This document shows, piece by piece, positions 1-9,613 of a stretch of 64,000 nt of DNA. A model generated the notes under the pieces. That model was given only the letters and a program-made list of their open reading frames with translations. It did no database searches and was not told the DNA's origin. Made by a program: the position numbers and the translations under genes. Position 1 is the stretch's first letter. Every line of letters starts with the position of its first letter. The DNA comes from Candidatus Latescibacterota bacterium (GTDB taxonomy: Bacteria; Latescibacterota; UBA2968; UBA8231), in assembly GCA_965217585.1 (NCBI GenBank), contig OZ244561.1, positions 6,080,001-6,144,000 of the forward strand, in the 5' to 3' direction.

Positions 1-451
1 AGGGGAAGGGGGGTTGGCCGCCGGCCCACAGCAGCAGGGGGATATCAGCGGCCCCTTCCAAGGCGTCGAAGTAATTGACCAAAACCGGCGTGGTATTGCC
101 TAGATAGGGATGGACTTGGACTTTGACGGCATCCATGCCCACGGCTTGGGCGTGGGATAGATAATCCCGCGTTTTCGCCGCCTTCCAAAAACCCGTACCG
201 CCGATGCAGAAGGCCCGGCCAGCGCAGGCTTGGCCCACCGTCTCGGTCACCGCCCATATATCCTCGTCGTCTAGGCAGGCGAATTCGCTGCTGCCGTAGG
301 TCAACATCAGAATGGGCGCTCCCTGTGCGCTGAGCCAATCCACGTATGTAGCCACTGCTTGGTGGTCCACTGCGCCGCTCTCGTCAAAGCACAAATTGAG
401 CGGGACCACCGGTCCCTTCATGCGCGCTAAAGCTGCTGCCGCCTTGTCCAT
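1..451 (-). CDS. Dihydrodipicolinate synthase (DapA/NanA) family class I aldolase, 3' end runs off the window
   Basis: Not in the ORF track. Manual translation from ATG at 451 (AGGAG RBS upstream): MDKAAAALARMKGPVVPLNLCFDESGAVDHQAVATYVDWLSAQGAPILMLTYGSSEFACLDDEDIW..., matching the F-D-x-x-G-x-V-D and G-S-S-E-F pattern; open to position 1. Confidence 0.8.
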   Translation of the reverse strand, partial: MDKAAAALARMKGPVVPLNLCFDESGAVDHQAVATYVDWLSAQGAPILMLTYGSSEFACLDDEDIWAVTETVGQACAGRAFCIGGTGFWKAAKTRDYLSHAQAVGMDAVKVQVHPYLGNTTPVLVNYFDALEGAADIPLLLWAGGQPPFP

Positions 452-561
452 TGTCTATCTCCTGTGAGCGTGATTCACTATAGCTAGGCCGCCGTAGCGC
501 CTGCGACCCGAACCTCGGTGCTAGAAAATCTTCAACGTAGATGAAATCGAACATAGCTAAA

Positions 562-1230
562 TCAGAAAGCGTCGTACAGGTCGTCCAGATCGCCTTTTAG
601 CTCTGGGTTGATTACGACGCCATCTGGACCGATCCAGACATACGAGGGCATCCCTCCTATGTGGTATATCTCCGTTGGTTTAGTCTCGTTTTCGACTTCG
701 ATTACCTGGGGCCATTCGATCCCGTTCTTCTCAACATAGCGAATCACCGCCTCGCGGCTCTTATCGTCGCTGATGCCGATGATTTCGAGGCCGCGCGCCT
801 GCTTCGTCCTGTATATCTCCACTAGCTTTGGCGTATCCTTTATGCACGGCCCGCAGTTCGTGAATCGCATTGATCCAGGAAACGCGGGAGTCGGGGAGTT
901 CGCGGCGCGGAAGCGTCCACAGGAGTTCCGAAGCCTGCTCTGGTCTACGTGACAAGACGATGGATTCTGCACTGAGATCGAAGATACCGTAAAACAGGAT
1001 TCGGTCGGTTGGCGGCAGGCCCCTGAGACCGGCCTCGATGGGCTCCTTGCCGACCCAGCCTCGGTCTTCAAAGTCGAGCCCTGGCCAATCAAAGTCGCCG
1101 AGTACATCCTCACTTGGTCGCACCCACTGCAATGGAACGACGATCGGGTCGTCCTCGCTGCTCGTACCCATTGCCACACTAGCGCAGAAAAAAATTAAGA
1201 GCGCAAAGAGTATTGGTCTTTCAATTAAGT
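562..1230 (-). pseudogene. Frameshifted or internally deleted TlpA-like thiol-disulfide redoxin
   Basis: Signal-like N-terminus (ILFALLIFFCASVAMG) lies in the 761..1303 frame. The TlpA C-terminal part (FTNCGPC...GLEIIGISDD...WPQV...GGMPSYVWIGPDG) lies in the 562..1179 frame. The usual LDFW strand before CxxC is missing. Confidence 0.65.
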
Positions 1231-1246
1231 TTATTGCCTGAATCCA

Positions 1247-1303
1247 CTGGACTCCCGCTTTCGCGGGAGTGACCAACGTCGTTCCCGAGAAAGCGGGCTT
1301 CAC
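1247..1303. repeat. Pair of REP/RPE-like palindromic elements
   Basis: CTGGACTCCCGCTTTCGCGGGAGTGAC (1247-1273; hairpin; antisense reads VTPAKAGVQ) followed by a degenerate inverted copy GTCGTTCCCGAGAAAGCGGGCTTCAC (1278-1303). Confidence 0.7.
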
Positions 1304-1394
1304 CGCGCCTTTAGAAGCTGTTGAGTTATTCGGGATACCCTACGGAAAAGGGCTGTATACTCCACGAATAATATATCTGATTTGACCGACGCGC

Positions 1395-1509
1395 GGCTTT
1401 GGTGCATGAATATCTATAAGTCGTTGTTTTACAGCAATTTAGCATTTTAATGTCAAATTTCATAACCTATTGTTTTCAAACGAGTTACCATTTTTCATGC
1501 AACAAAGCC
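1395..1509. mobile_element. 115-bp MITE, IS5 family IS903 group
   Basis: TIRs GGCTTTGGTGCATGAATA and (reverse complement) GGCTTTGTTGCATGAAAA resemble the IS903 TIR (GGCTTTGTTGAATAAATC). Perfect 9-bp target duplication CCGACGCGC at 1386-1394 and 1510-1518; AT-rich core. Confidence 0.85.
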
Positions 1510-1572
1510 CCGACGCGCAATAAAGTGGGGCGAGGCGCAATTGACCTCCACCGGCCAACTACGCCCCCCAAC

Positions 1573-2295
1573 CTAGGCCGCCGGCAGGACGGGCCGTTCT
1601 ACGTATTCGACGTAGAGGCGCTCTAAGTCGGCTTCTTGGAATTCGTCGCGGGTGAGCGTCTTGACGAGATGGCCCTCGACCATGATGCCGAGCCGGTCGG
1701 CGATCACGCGGGCGCGGAACACGTCGTGCGTGGTCATCCAAATGGCCTTGCCCTCATTGCGTAGCTCATCCAACAGCTCCAAAAACTCGGCCCCGGACTT
1801 GGGGTCGAGGCCCGACGTAGGCTCGTCGAGCAGCACGATGCGGGCGTCCTTGGCAATGGCAATGGCAATGCCCAGCTTCTGGCGCATCCCCTTGGAGAAT
1901 TCCTTGACTCGCCGGTCAAACGCCTCCTGTTGCAGGCCGACGCGCGCCATGATCGCGTCGTAGTGCTCGGCGTCTTGGGGTGGCTGGCCGCTCAAGCGGG
2001 TAAAGAAATCCAAGTTCTGCCGTGCGCTAAAGTTGCCGTAGAGCATGACGTTTTCCGAGACATAGGCCACGTGCTTTTTGGCCTCTAAAGGCTGCTCGGT
2101 TATGTCGATGCCGCACAGCTTGACCGTCCCTTGGGTGGGTTCGGTAAAGCCCAACGCGACCATCAAGGTCGTCGTCTTGCCAGCGCCGTTGGCCCCGAGC
2201 ATGGTGAAGATCTCGCCGCCTTCGATGGTCAGGTCGAGGTCGGTGACCGCTTTGACGTCACCGTAGTGCTTGGAAAGTCCGATGATCTCCAACAT
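1573..2295 (-). CDS. ABC-2 type transporter ATP-binding protein
   Basis: Walker A GANGAGKTT, signature FSKGMRQK, Walker B LLDEPT, TTH switch. Start moved to ATG 2295 (MLEIIGLSK), AAAGGA RBS. Confidence 0.95.
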   Translation of the reverse strand: MLEIIGLSKHYGDVKAVTDLDLTIEGGEIFTMLGANGAGKTTTLMVALGFTEPTQGTVKLCGIDITEQPLEAKKHVAYVSENVMLYGNFSARQNLDFFTRLSGQPPQDAEHYDAIMARVGLQQEAFDRRVKEFSKGMRQKLGIAIAIAKDARIVLLDEPTSGLDPKSGAEFLELLDELRNEGKAIWMTTHDVFRARVIADRLGIMVEGHLVKTLTRDEFQEADLERLYVEYVERPVLPAA

Positions 2296-2309
2296 GATGC
2301 GATCCTTTC

Positions 2310-3701
2310 TCAAGGGGTTTTGTAAAACTCGCTGTTGAGGGCGCGGCCCAGTACCCGCCGCAACTCTTCAGCCGCGAGGATGTAAGCCAAACGCTCGGCA
2401 AAATAGCTCTGCTCGGCGAAGTTGACGGCGACCCGCTGGCGGCGGATGTCGTCGAAGTTGAGGTAGCCCATGGCGTTCTCAAACAGCTCTTCGACCGTGT
2501 CCAAACGCTGGCGGGCTACATCGGCGCGCCAGCGCAGAATCTGCGTGTTTTCCCGCCGGCTTTTCAAGGCGTAAAACGCCTCGACCACTTCGAGTTCAAT
2601 CAAGTTGCGGGTCTCGTCGCGGTCTTGGCGCAGCTCGTGGAGCCGCGCCCGCTCCTCGGCCCCTTGTGCCAACCGCCGACCGCCTTGGAACAGCGGCAGC
2701 GACACGTTGGCCATCACGCGCCAGCTCTCGCCCATGTCCAGTGCGGGGTCCAAGCCCTCGCTGGCGAGCGAGCGACGACCGGATCCTACCAGCTTCCAAG
2801 TTTGGCCGTTGCCGCTCCAGTTCAAGCCGAGGTCGGTGTCTTGGAAATCCTTGGTCAGTTGCAGGCCGACGTGGGGCAGCCATTGCCAGAAAACACTGCG
2901 CGCTTGGTGCTGCTGTTCACCTATTTGCCAGACGAGTTCGGCGAGGTGGGGCCGGTTGGCGCGGGCTTCCTCGATGAGGACGGACAGGTCCTCTTCGCTG
3001 GGATCGAGTAGCTGTAGTTGCTCGTAGGGCGGGCCGACGACCTCGATGTCGCGGAGCGAGCGTTTGCCCACGAGGCCGATCTCGGTGAAGAGCTTCAGGT
3101 GCAGAGCGCGCAGCTCGCGCTGGAGGTTGTTGATGCGCGACTGCTCCTCTAATACCTCTAGCTCGGCCTCGTGCAGCTCTACGGGCCGCGCCAAGCCGGC
3201 GTCGAGGCGCGTTTGCACCCGGTCCATTTTAGCGCGGAAATAGGCGAGCAACTCGTCGCGGTTGGCGATCTCGTCGCGCGTCAGCAGCAGGCGGTAATAC
3301 GCCTGGCGTACCTTGCTATCGACGTAGATGATAGCCTCGCGGTAGCGCGCCTTTTCCGCCTGCTCTTGGTGCTTGGCGACAAAGCGCGATGGGGTGGTGG
3401 CTCCGTAGCGCACGATCTCTTGCTGGGCTTGCAAGAAAAGCTCGCGTTGGTCGGCCTCCGGCGCGTTGGCGTCGGCAAATTCGCTGCGCTCGTAATCCGC
3501 GTTTAGGCCGATGGTCGGGAGTTGCTCGGCATAATCGAGGCGGGTGCGTGCCGCCATCTGGTTCCAGCGGGCGCGGGCCGCTCCGAGCACTGGGCTGTGG
3601 TGGCCCGCTTCGCGCTGGCAAGTCGTTAGGTCCCACTCCTCTGCGTGGACGGTGCTCGTCAAGCAGCAGAGGGCTGCCAAGGCCGATCGGTAAGCAGTCA
3701 T
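2310..3701 (-). CDS. TolC-family outer membrane efflux protein
   Basis: Signal peptide MTAYRSALAALCCLTSTVHA; OEP-like motifs VRQAYYRLL, NVSLPLFQGG, LEVVEAFY; ATGA overlap with the upstream gene. Confidence 0.85.
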   Translation of the reverse strand: MTAYRSALAALCCLTSTVHAEEWDLTTCQREAGHHSPVLGAARARWNQMAARTRLDYAEQLPTIGLNADYERSEFADANAPEADQRELFLQAQQEIVRYGATTPSRFVAKHQEQAEKARYREAIIYVDSKVRQAYYRLLLTRDEIANRDELLAYFRAKMDRVQTRLDAGLARPVELHEAELEVLEEQSRINNLQRELRALHLKLFTEIGLVGKRSLRDIEVVGPPYEQLQLLDPSEEDLSVLIEEARANRPHLAELVWQIGEQQHQARSVFWQWLPHVGLQLTKDFQDTDLGLNWSGNGQTWKLVGSGRRSLASEGLDPALDMGESWRVMANVSLPLFQGGRRLAQGAEERARLHELRQDRDETRNLIELEVVEAFYALKSRRENTQILRWRADVARQRLDTVEELFENAMGYLNFDDIRRQRVAVNFAEQSYFAERLAYILAAEELRRVLGRALNSEFYKTP

Positions 3702-5209
3702 CGCTTGCTCCATTGCACGGTGAAGACGGCGATGCCCAGTACGATGCTCACCAGCAAGATCACCAACCCCGTTATGCCCCAAAACGACCCATCGCTCTTG
3801 ATGTTTATGTTGACGGTGCGCTCGACCGACTCGACCCACTGCCCCTTGTGCTGGGTGCTCGCGCTGGTCTTGACTTCGTAGCGTCCTATTTCGGCGCTGT
3901 TGATGGGCCGCACGGTCAGCACGGCTTCTATTTCCTCACGCGGCGGGAGCAGAGCGATTTCCTGCGGCTCAAAGACCACATCCCAGCCGGGCGGCGAGAG
4001 GGCTTGCAGGCGGATGTCGAGCAATTCAACCGTGCCGAGGTTGCGTAGCTGCCAAACGGACTGCGACTCGCCGTCGCCATTCACCGAGAGGTCGAGGTTG
4101 AGGGTGCTGAGCTCCAATTCGGCGCGGCCCGTGGGCACCAGTTGCAGTTGTTCGTAGCCAATGCCCATGGCTTGCAAGCGCTCTGGATCGGCGGCGGCCA
4201 AAACCTCTGTGTCCACGGTCTTTGGCTCGTAGGCCAGCACCGAGAACAGGAGCGGCTGATCCACCGCAAAGCTCGCGGCCTGTTCGGGGACGTACACGTT
4301 GAGTATGAGCGAGTCGCTGGAGTGGTCGCGGGAAAAGCGCAGCCGCGACAGGTTGCGGCCCCCGCTCTCAAACTCCCAGCGGAAGTCGTCTGGCAGCCCG
4401 TGCGCCATGAGCTGGAAAATCTTTTCGTCTTCCGCAAGCCGCTCTAGCTGTAGCTCGTACGCCACCGAGTTGCCCAAAGGGCCTTCTTGAGAGAACTGGG
4501 TGGCGTACACGCGCACTACGTCGCGGGCCGAAGCCTTTTCTAGGTGAATGACGTGCTCGTCCGTGCGGTTGAGGTATTGGAGTTGCACCGTAAGGTCCTC
4601 GACCTCGGGACGCTGTAAGCCGACCTCGACTTCGACTTCCTCGCCGAGAGCCAGCACGGGGATGTGGACTTGGTAGGGCTGGCCGACCATGACGTGGTCG
4701 GCGAGGATGGTGACGAAGATGTTGTTCACCTGCAACAGCGACGCGGCGTCTTGGTCGAGGCCGTTGATCTCGTAGCGCCGGCGGGCGTGATCGACCATCT
4801 GCGCCAAGTTGAGGTCTGAGTCGTTGCGCAAGGTGAGCCGCACGCGCACCTTGTCGCCCTCGACGCCGTACTTTTGGCCGTTGACGACCGTCAGGTGGGT
4901 GGCGTCGGCCAGCGAGTTGAGGAAGGCGCGCTGTAGGTTTAAGTCGGCCCGTTGCCGCTCTTGGCGGGCGCGCTCGTAGCGCTCGCGGGCCATGCGTAGC
5001 TCTTGGCCGGTGACCACGCCGCGCTCCTTGAGGCCGATCATCTGCTCGTGCTCGATTTCGACTTCGGCCTCGCGCGCTTTGGCCTGCTCTAGAATTAAGT
5101 GAGCCTCTTGGAAGTCGAGCAGGATGCGCTGCTGTTCCTTGGTCAGGGTCTCAGACTGCGCCGCCAAGGCGAACACCAGCAGGCCGAAAACATATAAGAT
5201 GGAAGACAT
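3698..5209 (-). CDS. Periplasmic protein: N-terminal coiled-coil hairpin, Ig-like/NEW3 domains, C-terminal TM anchor
   Basis: Signal peptide; GLKERGVVTGQELRMARERYERA resembles an MFP hairpin tip; NLGTVELLDIRLQALSPPGWDVVFEP...GRYEV is NEW3-like; C-terminal hydrophobic helix followed by WSKR. Confidence 0.75.
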   Translation of the reverse strand: MSSILYVFGLLVFALAAQSETLTKEQQRILLDFQEAHLILEQAKAREAEVEIEHEQMIGLKERGVVTGQELRMARERYERARQERQRADLNLQRAFLNSLADATHLTVVNGQKYGVEGDKVRVRLTLRNDSDLNLAQMVDHARRRYEINGLDQDAASLLQVNNIFVTILADHVMVGQPYQVHIPVLALGEEVEVEVGLQRPEVEDLTVQLQYLNRTDEHVIHLEKASARDVVRVYATQFSQEGPLGNSVAYELQLERLAEDEKIFQLMAHGLPDDFRWEFESGGRNLSRLRFSRDHSSDSLILNVYVPEQAASFAVDQPLLFSVLAYEPKTVDTEVLAAADPERLQAMGIGYEQLQLVPTGRAELELSTLNLDLSVNGDGESQSVWQLRNLGTVELLDIRLQALSPPGWDVVFEPQEIALLPPREEIEAVLTVRPINSAEIGRYEVKTSASTQHKGQWVESVERTVNINIKSDGSFWGITGLVILLVSIVLGIAVFTVQWSKR

Positions 5210-5467
5210 GGCGGCACTCCTTTCGGTAGCAACTCAGTTTGAAGTCGGCGTCGGTGGTTTGCCAGCCGGATAGAGCTCAACCAATCCTTCCGGCGCATCA
5301 TTCGCCGCTTTAGATGCAGCAGGGGAATCAGAGGAAGGAGCGGCTCTTTCGAGCAGGAAAAGACGAAAAGGCAACAGAGTAGGGACCAACACAAACCGTG
5401 CGTGGGGGAACTTCCCGCATATAAGGGGAGGAAGATGGGGAGAGCCGAGCTTTGTCCACTTTAAGCC

Positions 5468-6934
5468 CTAACCGACAATAGACGAGCGCAACCAGACCAA
5501 GTACGCGGCCAGATAGGTGAACACCGCAAAGAAGCCCAGCGCAACCAGATCGACGACGGCCGAGCTAGCTAACGACGCCGTGGAGAGGTCTTCTGCAAAC
5601 ACCGGTATCTGCTCCAGTTCTACCTTTTGCGTGGACAGTCCGTTCTTTACGAACGGAACGTGCAGGCTGCGCGAGTCTGCCCGATCTATGGCGAGGAGAC
5701 TTTCCTCGAAACGCTGTGCATAACTTCGGACTTGATCGATGAAATGACGATACCGCGGTAGGCCAGTACCTGCCATTGCCTCCATCGCGTATTGATAGGC
5801 TCCCATGGGAGAAACTCGGACGATGTTCTGTGCTAAATTGACCTGTTGTACCCGACGCCGCAGCAGGGCATTTTCTAATTCTTGGTGGTGAGTACGTTCT
5901 GACTGCAATGCGCTCGAAAATTTTTTAATAAACGTAGGATCGAGCCGATTGTCCTCCATTGCCAAGTCGAAAGCATACCCCCGAATAGGATGCCAAGTGA
6001 AAGTACCGTCGCCGTGCTCGTACACGTACTTGGTGTGTTCTAACTCATGTACCTCTTCGTGGAATAGCTCGGCTATGGTCTTCCCCATCTGCGGCCACAG
6101 CAAAACCATACTCACCCAGACGAAGAGCACCGTCGTCAGACTGACCCGCCGACTGAGACTATGCACCGATATGAGCAGCCCCAGCGAGGTACAGCCCGCT
6201 AGATAGACCCCAGAGATCAAGACCATGACAGCTATACGCACTGCGTGCGAAAAATCCAGCGACAGATCGGCGAGCGTCAATACAATTAACAAATTGAGGG
6301 TCACACAGAGGAGTAGTACCCCGATCAAGACTATCATCGCACCCCAAAATTTGCCCCACAGCAGCGTATGGCGCGGCAGGCTGTTGGCCATGACTAGCTT
6401 GAGGGTACCGCTCTCCTTTTCGCCGACAATGGCGTCGTGGGTAAACAGGAAGGCGGTCAAGCTCAGCAAGACGCCGATGATGAAGACCCAGTCAATGGTG
6501 ATAAAGGTAGAGAGTAGCGGAGCATCCTTTAATTCGGTAGGAAAAGATAGAATCCACGGCCAATAAAAACCTTTATCAATGAGCTTACCCCCGATATATC
6601 CCATTAGATAGATCCCGGACGTTCCAGAATCCGCTTTGTCTGGTAATTTGTTGTCGGCGAAACCGGCACAAAATGCCAATTCACTGGGTTTTTTATAAAG
6701 CATCCCAGGACCTTCGAGCAGTAGCTGTCGCAGGCCTGCGGCACCATTATCGCGCAGCCTTTGGTGTTGCTGCGACATATTTTCTCTATATACATCTCGC
6801 TCGAATTGGTAGGTACTATGGACGAGGACGAGCGCATTGAGCACCATCAAGCCGACGCACAGCATCAGTGCTAGGCTAAACCGCAGGCTTTGGATATGCG
6901 CGATGAATTCCCGTTTGATAATAGTCGTCAGCAT
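5468..6934 (-). CDS. ABC-2 transporter permease
   Basis: IIKREF start, DAIVGEKESGTLKLVMANSLPR...GKF motif, several TM helices. Confidence 0.9.
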   Translation of the reverse strand: MLTTIIKREFIAHIQSLRFSLALMLCVGLMVLNALVLVHSTYQFERDVYRENMSQQHQRLRDNGAAGLRQLLLEGPGMLYKKPSELAFCAGFADNKLPDKADSGTSGIYLMGYIGGKLIDKGFYWPWILSFPTELKDAPLLSTFITIDWVFIIGVLLSLTAFLFTHDAIVGEKESGTLKLVMANSLPRHTLLWGKFWGAMIVLIGVLLLCVTLNLLIVLTLADLSLDFSHAVRIAVMVLISGVYLAGCTSLGLLISVHSLSRRVSLTTVLFVWVSMVLLWPQMGKTIAELFHEEVHELEHTKYVYEHGDGTFTWHPIRGYAFDLAMEDNRLDPTFIKKFSSALQSERTHHQELENALLRRRVQQVNLAQNIVRVSPMGAYQYAMEAMAGTGLPRYRHFIDQVRSYAQRFEESLLAIDRADSRSLHVPFVKNGLSTQKVELEQIPVFAEDLSTASLASSAVVDLVALGFFAVFTYLAAYLVWLRSSIVG

Positions 6935-6941
6935 GGTCCGT

Positions 6942-8450
6942 TCACCGCATAATGTCGTAGCGAGAAAAGAGCCTTATTACGGCAAGCCAAGTTAGGCCCG
7001 CATAGATAAACAGAGACAGGAGGCCCGGCGCAATTCTACTTAGCCGTTGAGAGAGGGGTTCACGGCGCTCCGCAAAGACAGGAAGATCGCTGAGGTCGAG
7101 TGCCGATCTCTTAGCTGATCTTTCCTCGGGACTCATACTTGATGCACCTATAAATTCCATGCTCCCGAACGCCTCGTGCGCCCTTAAATAGTCCAAGAAT
7201 TGCTCTCGGTACTGACGAGCCTGATTGACAAAATCGTAAAAAACGCCTGCATCCGTACCGGCCAAGCCGCCAGTAACCTCTAGATAGGCCCCCGCCGGCG
7301 TTATCCTCTGCAACTGGGCGTTTAGGTAGATGAGCGACCGGGGTCGGCCCTCCCAAAGAGAACTGCAAGCATGCCAAACTTTTTGGGCATACTGGAGGCG
7401 TAGATTCTCCCCGGCCCTCAGAACGTTTAAGAAGTCGGCTATACGGGCATCCTTCCGAATCGCTCCGATCTGGAAAGACGGCGTGCTCCCACCGCTATAC
7501 CCAGACCCATTACTGACCAAGTATATCGGGGGGTAGGTACGGTCCATACCCGCCGTACGCACCAAGTCGTCAGCCTGTTTTTGGTGCTTGCTCCATAGTT
7601 CGTCTTCCATTGCCTTGGCTTGCTGGGCATCCGCTTGCCGATGGTACTGCTGATTGACGAAAAATGTAACACTGCTCGGCAGGATAATCACCAAAAAGGT
7701 CCAGATGAATAGGCTGTATATCAGACTCGTCGAAGTGTTGTGGGTGTAGCACGAAATGGCCATGCCAATCAGGTAGAATATGGCTATGTAAAACAGGGAA
7801 GCCATCCAAGTCCCGATGAGGCCTACCCAGTCGGCCTCTGTAAGCTGGACGTGCTCAGAAGCAATAAAAAAAATTACGAGACCGAGAAAGCCCAAGAAGA
7901 TAGGTATATTGAGGAGCGTAATACCGCCCAAGAATTTGCCTATCACGACCTGCATTCGGGAGACGTTCGTCGTCAGCATCAGGGCTAGGGTGCCGTCTTC
8001 TTTTTCTCCTGAAATAGACTCGCAGGCAAAGAGAATGGCCAACAGTGCTAAAAAGATCTGGATGACATGAACGACATCCAATGCACCTATTATGGCGAGT
8101 AAAGGATTACCAGTGGTCGCTAGGGTATGCTTATCGGCAAGGTAGGGTATCTCGTATATCTCAATGGGCACTACGGAGCTCTTTTGCTCGGTGTCGCCTC
8201 GATCAAAGACTTCCAGCGGACTCGGCGTGCGGACGACCTTGGTCCGCAATTTGTGGTAGCTATCTATCTTGCGAAGCTCGTCGGCCGTTTCTGCGACTAT
8301 GCGATCCTTCTCTGCCTGTGCTCCTTCGTGACTTGCTATTCGCAGCAGTCCAATGACCCATATAAGCGATACCACAATCAGGGTACAGTAGATAAAGCGC
8401 CGACTGGTTAGCTGCTCTAGCAACTCTTTTTTCCAGATGGTTTTTATCAT
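6942..8450 (-). CDS. ABC-2 transporter permease
   Basis: IWKKEL start, ESISGEKEDGTLALML...GKF motif, ends FSRYDIMR. Confidence 0.9.
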   Translation of the reverse strand: MIKTIWKKELLEQLTSRRFIYCTLIVVSLIWVIGLLRIASHEGAQAEKDRIVAETADELRKIDSYHKLRTKVVRTPSPLEVFDRGDTEQKSSVVPIEIYEIPYLADKHTLATTGNPLLAIIGALDVVHVIQIFLALLAILFACESISGEKEDGTLALMLTTNVSRMQVVIGKFLGGITLLNIPIFLGFLGLVIFFIASEHVQLTEADWVGLIGTWMASLFYIAIFYLIGMAISCYTHNTSTSLIYSLFIWTFLVIILPSSVTFFVNQQYHRQADAQQAKAMEDELWSKHQKQADDLVRTAGMDRTYPPIYLVSNGSGYSGGSTPSFQIGAIRKDARIADFLNVLRAGENLRLQYAQKVWHACSSLWEGRPRSLIYLNAQLQRITPAGAYLEVTGGLAGTDAGVFYDFVNQARQYREQFLDYLRAHEAFGSMEFIGASSMSPEERSAKRSALDLSDLPVFAERREPLSQRLSRIAPGLLSLFIYAGLTWLAVIRLFSRYDIMR

Positions 8451-8495
8451 TTGTCGGAGCGAAAAAAGGGGGCTTTGAGCAGAAACAAAACGCGG

Positions 8496-9491
8496 TTACA
8501 GTAAGTTAAAGAAGTAGGTATTTCCTACTACTATTCCTACACCAGAACTATAGAATACTTCCAAGTGATTCCATATCTTCTTGTCTTGGTCCCACATCAA
8601 ACGAAAAAACGATGGTGTGCGTCCTAGTCCATTAGGTGTAATAGGTGGTGTAAACTCTGGTGGTAGTGGCGGAACTGGATTAGGTGTAAACTCTAGTGGT
8701 AGTGGCTCCTCTACAATGAATAATATATCCGCACAGATGATCTTCTCCCCTGCCTCTAGAAGTGCTGGAAGTTTATCACTTAGTCCTATCGAGTAAGAGC
8801 TATCTCCCCTAGGTAACATTCCTCGGTCAGATGCTAGACGTAAAAACGTCGGTGTCTTTTGCCCTAACTCAAACACCCTAAAGCCACTGTCGTGGAACGA
8901 TACATTTTCTATAAAATACTCCTTGTTGTGATTTCTTAGCGCATCTTTATGCATTGAACGAAACAGAGGTAATGCACCTTCCTTCAAAGCGGTCTCAGCT
9001 CTCGCTCTGACATTATCAATCTTTTTTTTAGATGATTTCTCTATTTCTTCTTCGGTTAGTATAGTACCGTCTGGTCTTTGGACGATGAAGCTTGGATTTC
9101 GGGCATTTTCCTGGACTAAATTAATCAATTTCAGACTTTGAGCTATATATCTTTCCTTGTTAAATCCTGCTCTCAGATAAAAGACTGAAGCCAAGCTATC
9201 ATTACCCGACTCGGAAAACGCAATGAGGTACTGACGCAACCAGTCTCTCAAGCCGCGCTCTTGCTCCAAGTCCATGGCCGTTTCCAATTTAATGGGTATA
9301 GCGTCAATCGCTTGGTCCAACTCCTCGCCTTTTTGAACCTTAATCATCTTAAGGCCGTTTATGTAGTCGTTAAACTCCTGCATGTTTTCTTGAGTAAAGC
9401 CGCCATACCCCCCTTCTCGCGCTTGACTCGGCGAGGATATCGAACTTAGGCCGATAATAAGCGCACTACAAAATAGCATTAGCGTTTTCAT
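8496..9491 (-). CDS. AT-rich secreted hypothetical protein
   Basis: Long ORF; signal peptide MKTLMLFCSALIIGLSSISSPSQA with GAGAGG RBS; internal 36-bp-period duplication (8647-8670 / 8683-8706) encoding P.EFTP twice. Confidence 0.7.
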   Translation of the reverse strand: MKTLMLFCSALIIGLSSISSPSQAREGGYGGFTQENMQEFNDYINGLKMIKVQKGEELDQAIDAIPIKLETAMDLEQERGLRDWLRQYLIAFSESGNDSLASVFYLRAGFNKERYIAQSLKLINLVQENARNPSFIVQRPDGTILTEEEIEKSSKKKIDNVRARAETALKEGALPLFRSMHKDALRNHNKEYFIENVSFHDSGFRVFELGQKTPTFLRLASDRGMLPRGDSSYSIGLSDKLPALLEAGEKIICADILFIVEEPLPLEFTPNPVPPLPPEFTPPITPNGLGRTPSFFRLMWDQDKKIWNHLEVFYSSGVGIVVGNTYFFNLL

Positions 9492-9613
9492 AGCAAGCCT
9501 CTCTATGTGGTTTTGATATGTTTGATAGAGATTAGTATCCATAAGTGAAAATCCCGCAAAATCGCCCGATTCTACTGATATTCGTTTTAGCTCAACAGCT
9601 TCTTAATTCGGTG

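Larger units (their letters stand above)
1314..9602. mobile_element. Putative non-autonomous transposable cassette (IS5-like ends) carrying the ABC/TolC exporter
   Basis: Left end GAAGCTGTTGAGTTA (1314-1328); right end reverse complement GAAGCTGTTGAGCTA (9588-9602); 14/15 identical. Flanked by TTA at 1311-1313 and 9603-9605. No transposase inside. Confidence 0.55.

Noticed and set aside
5143-5394. Small lipoprotein-like ORF (LLCCLFVFSC) between permease and adaptor
   Set aside because: No clear RBS, overlaps the next gene and has no recognisable domain; possibly a decayed remnant.
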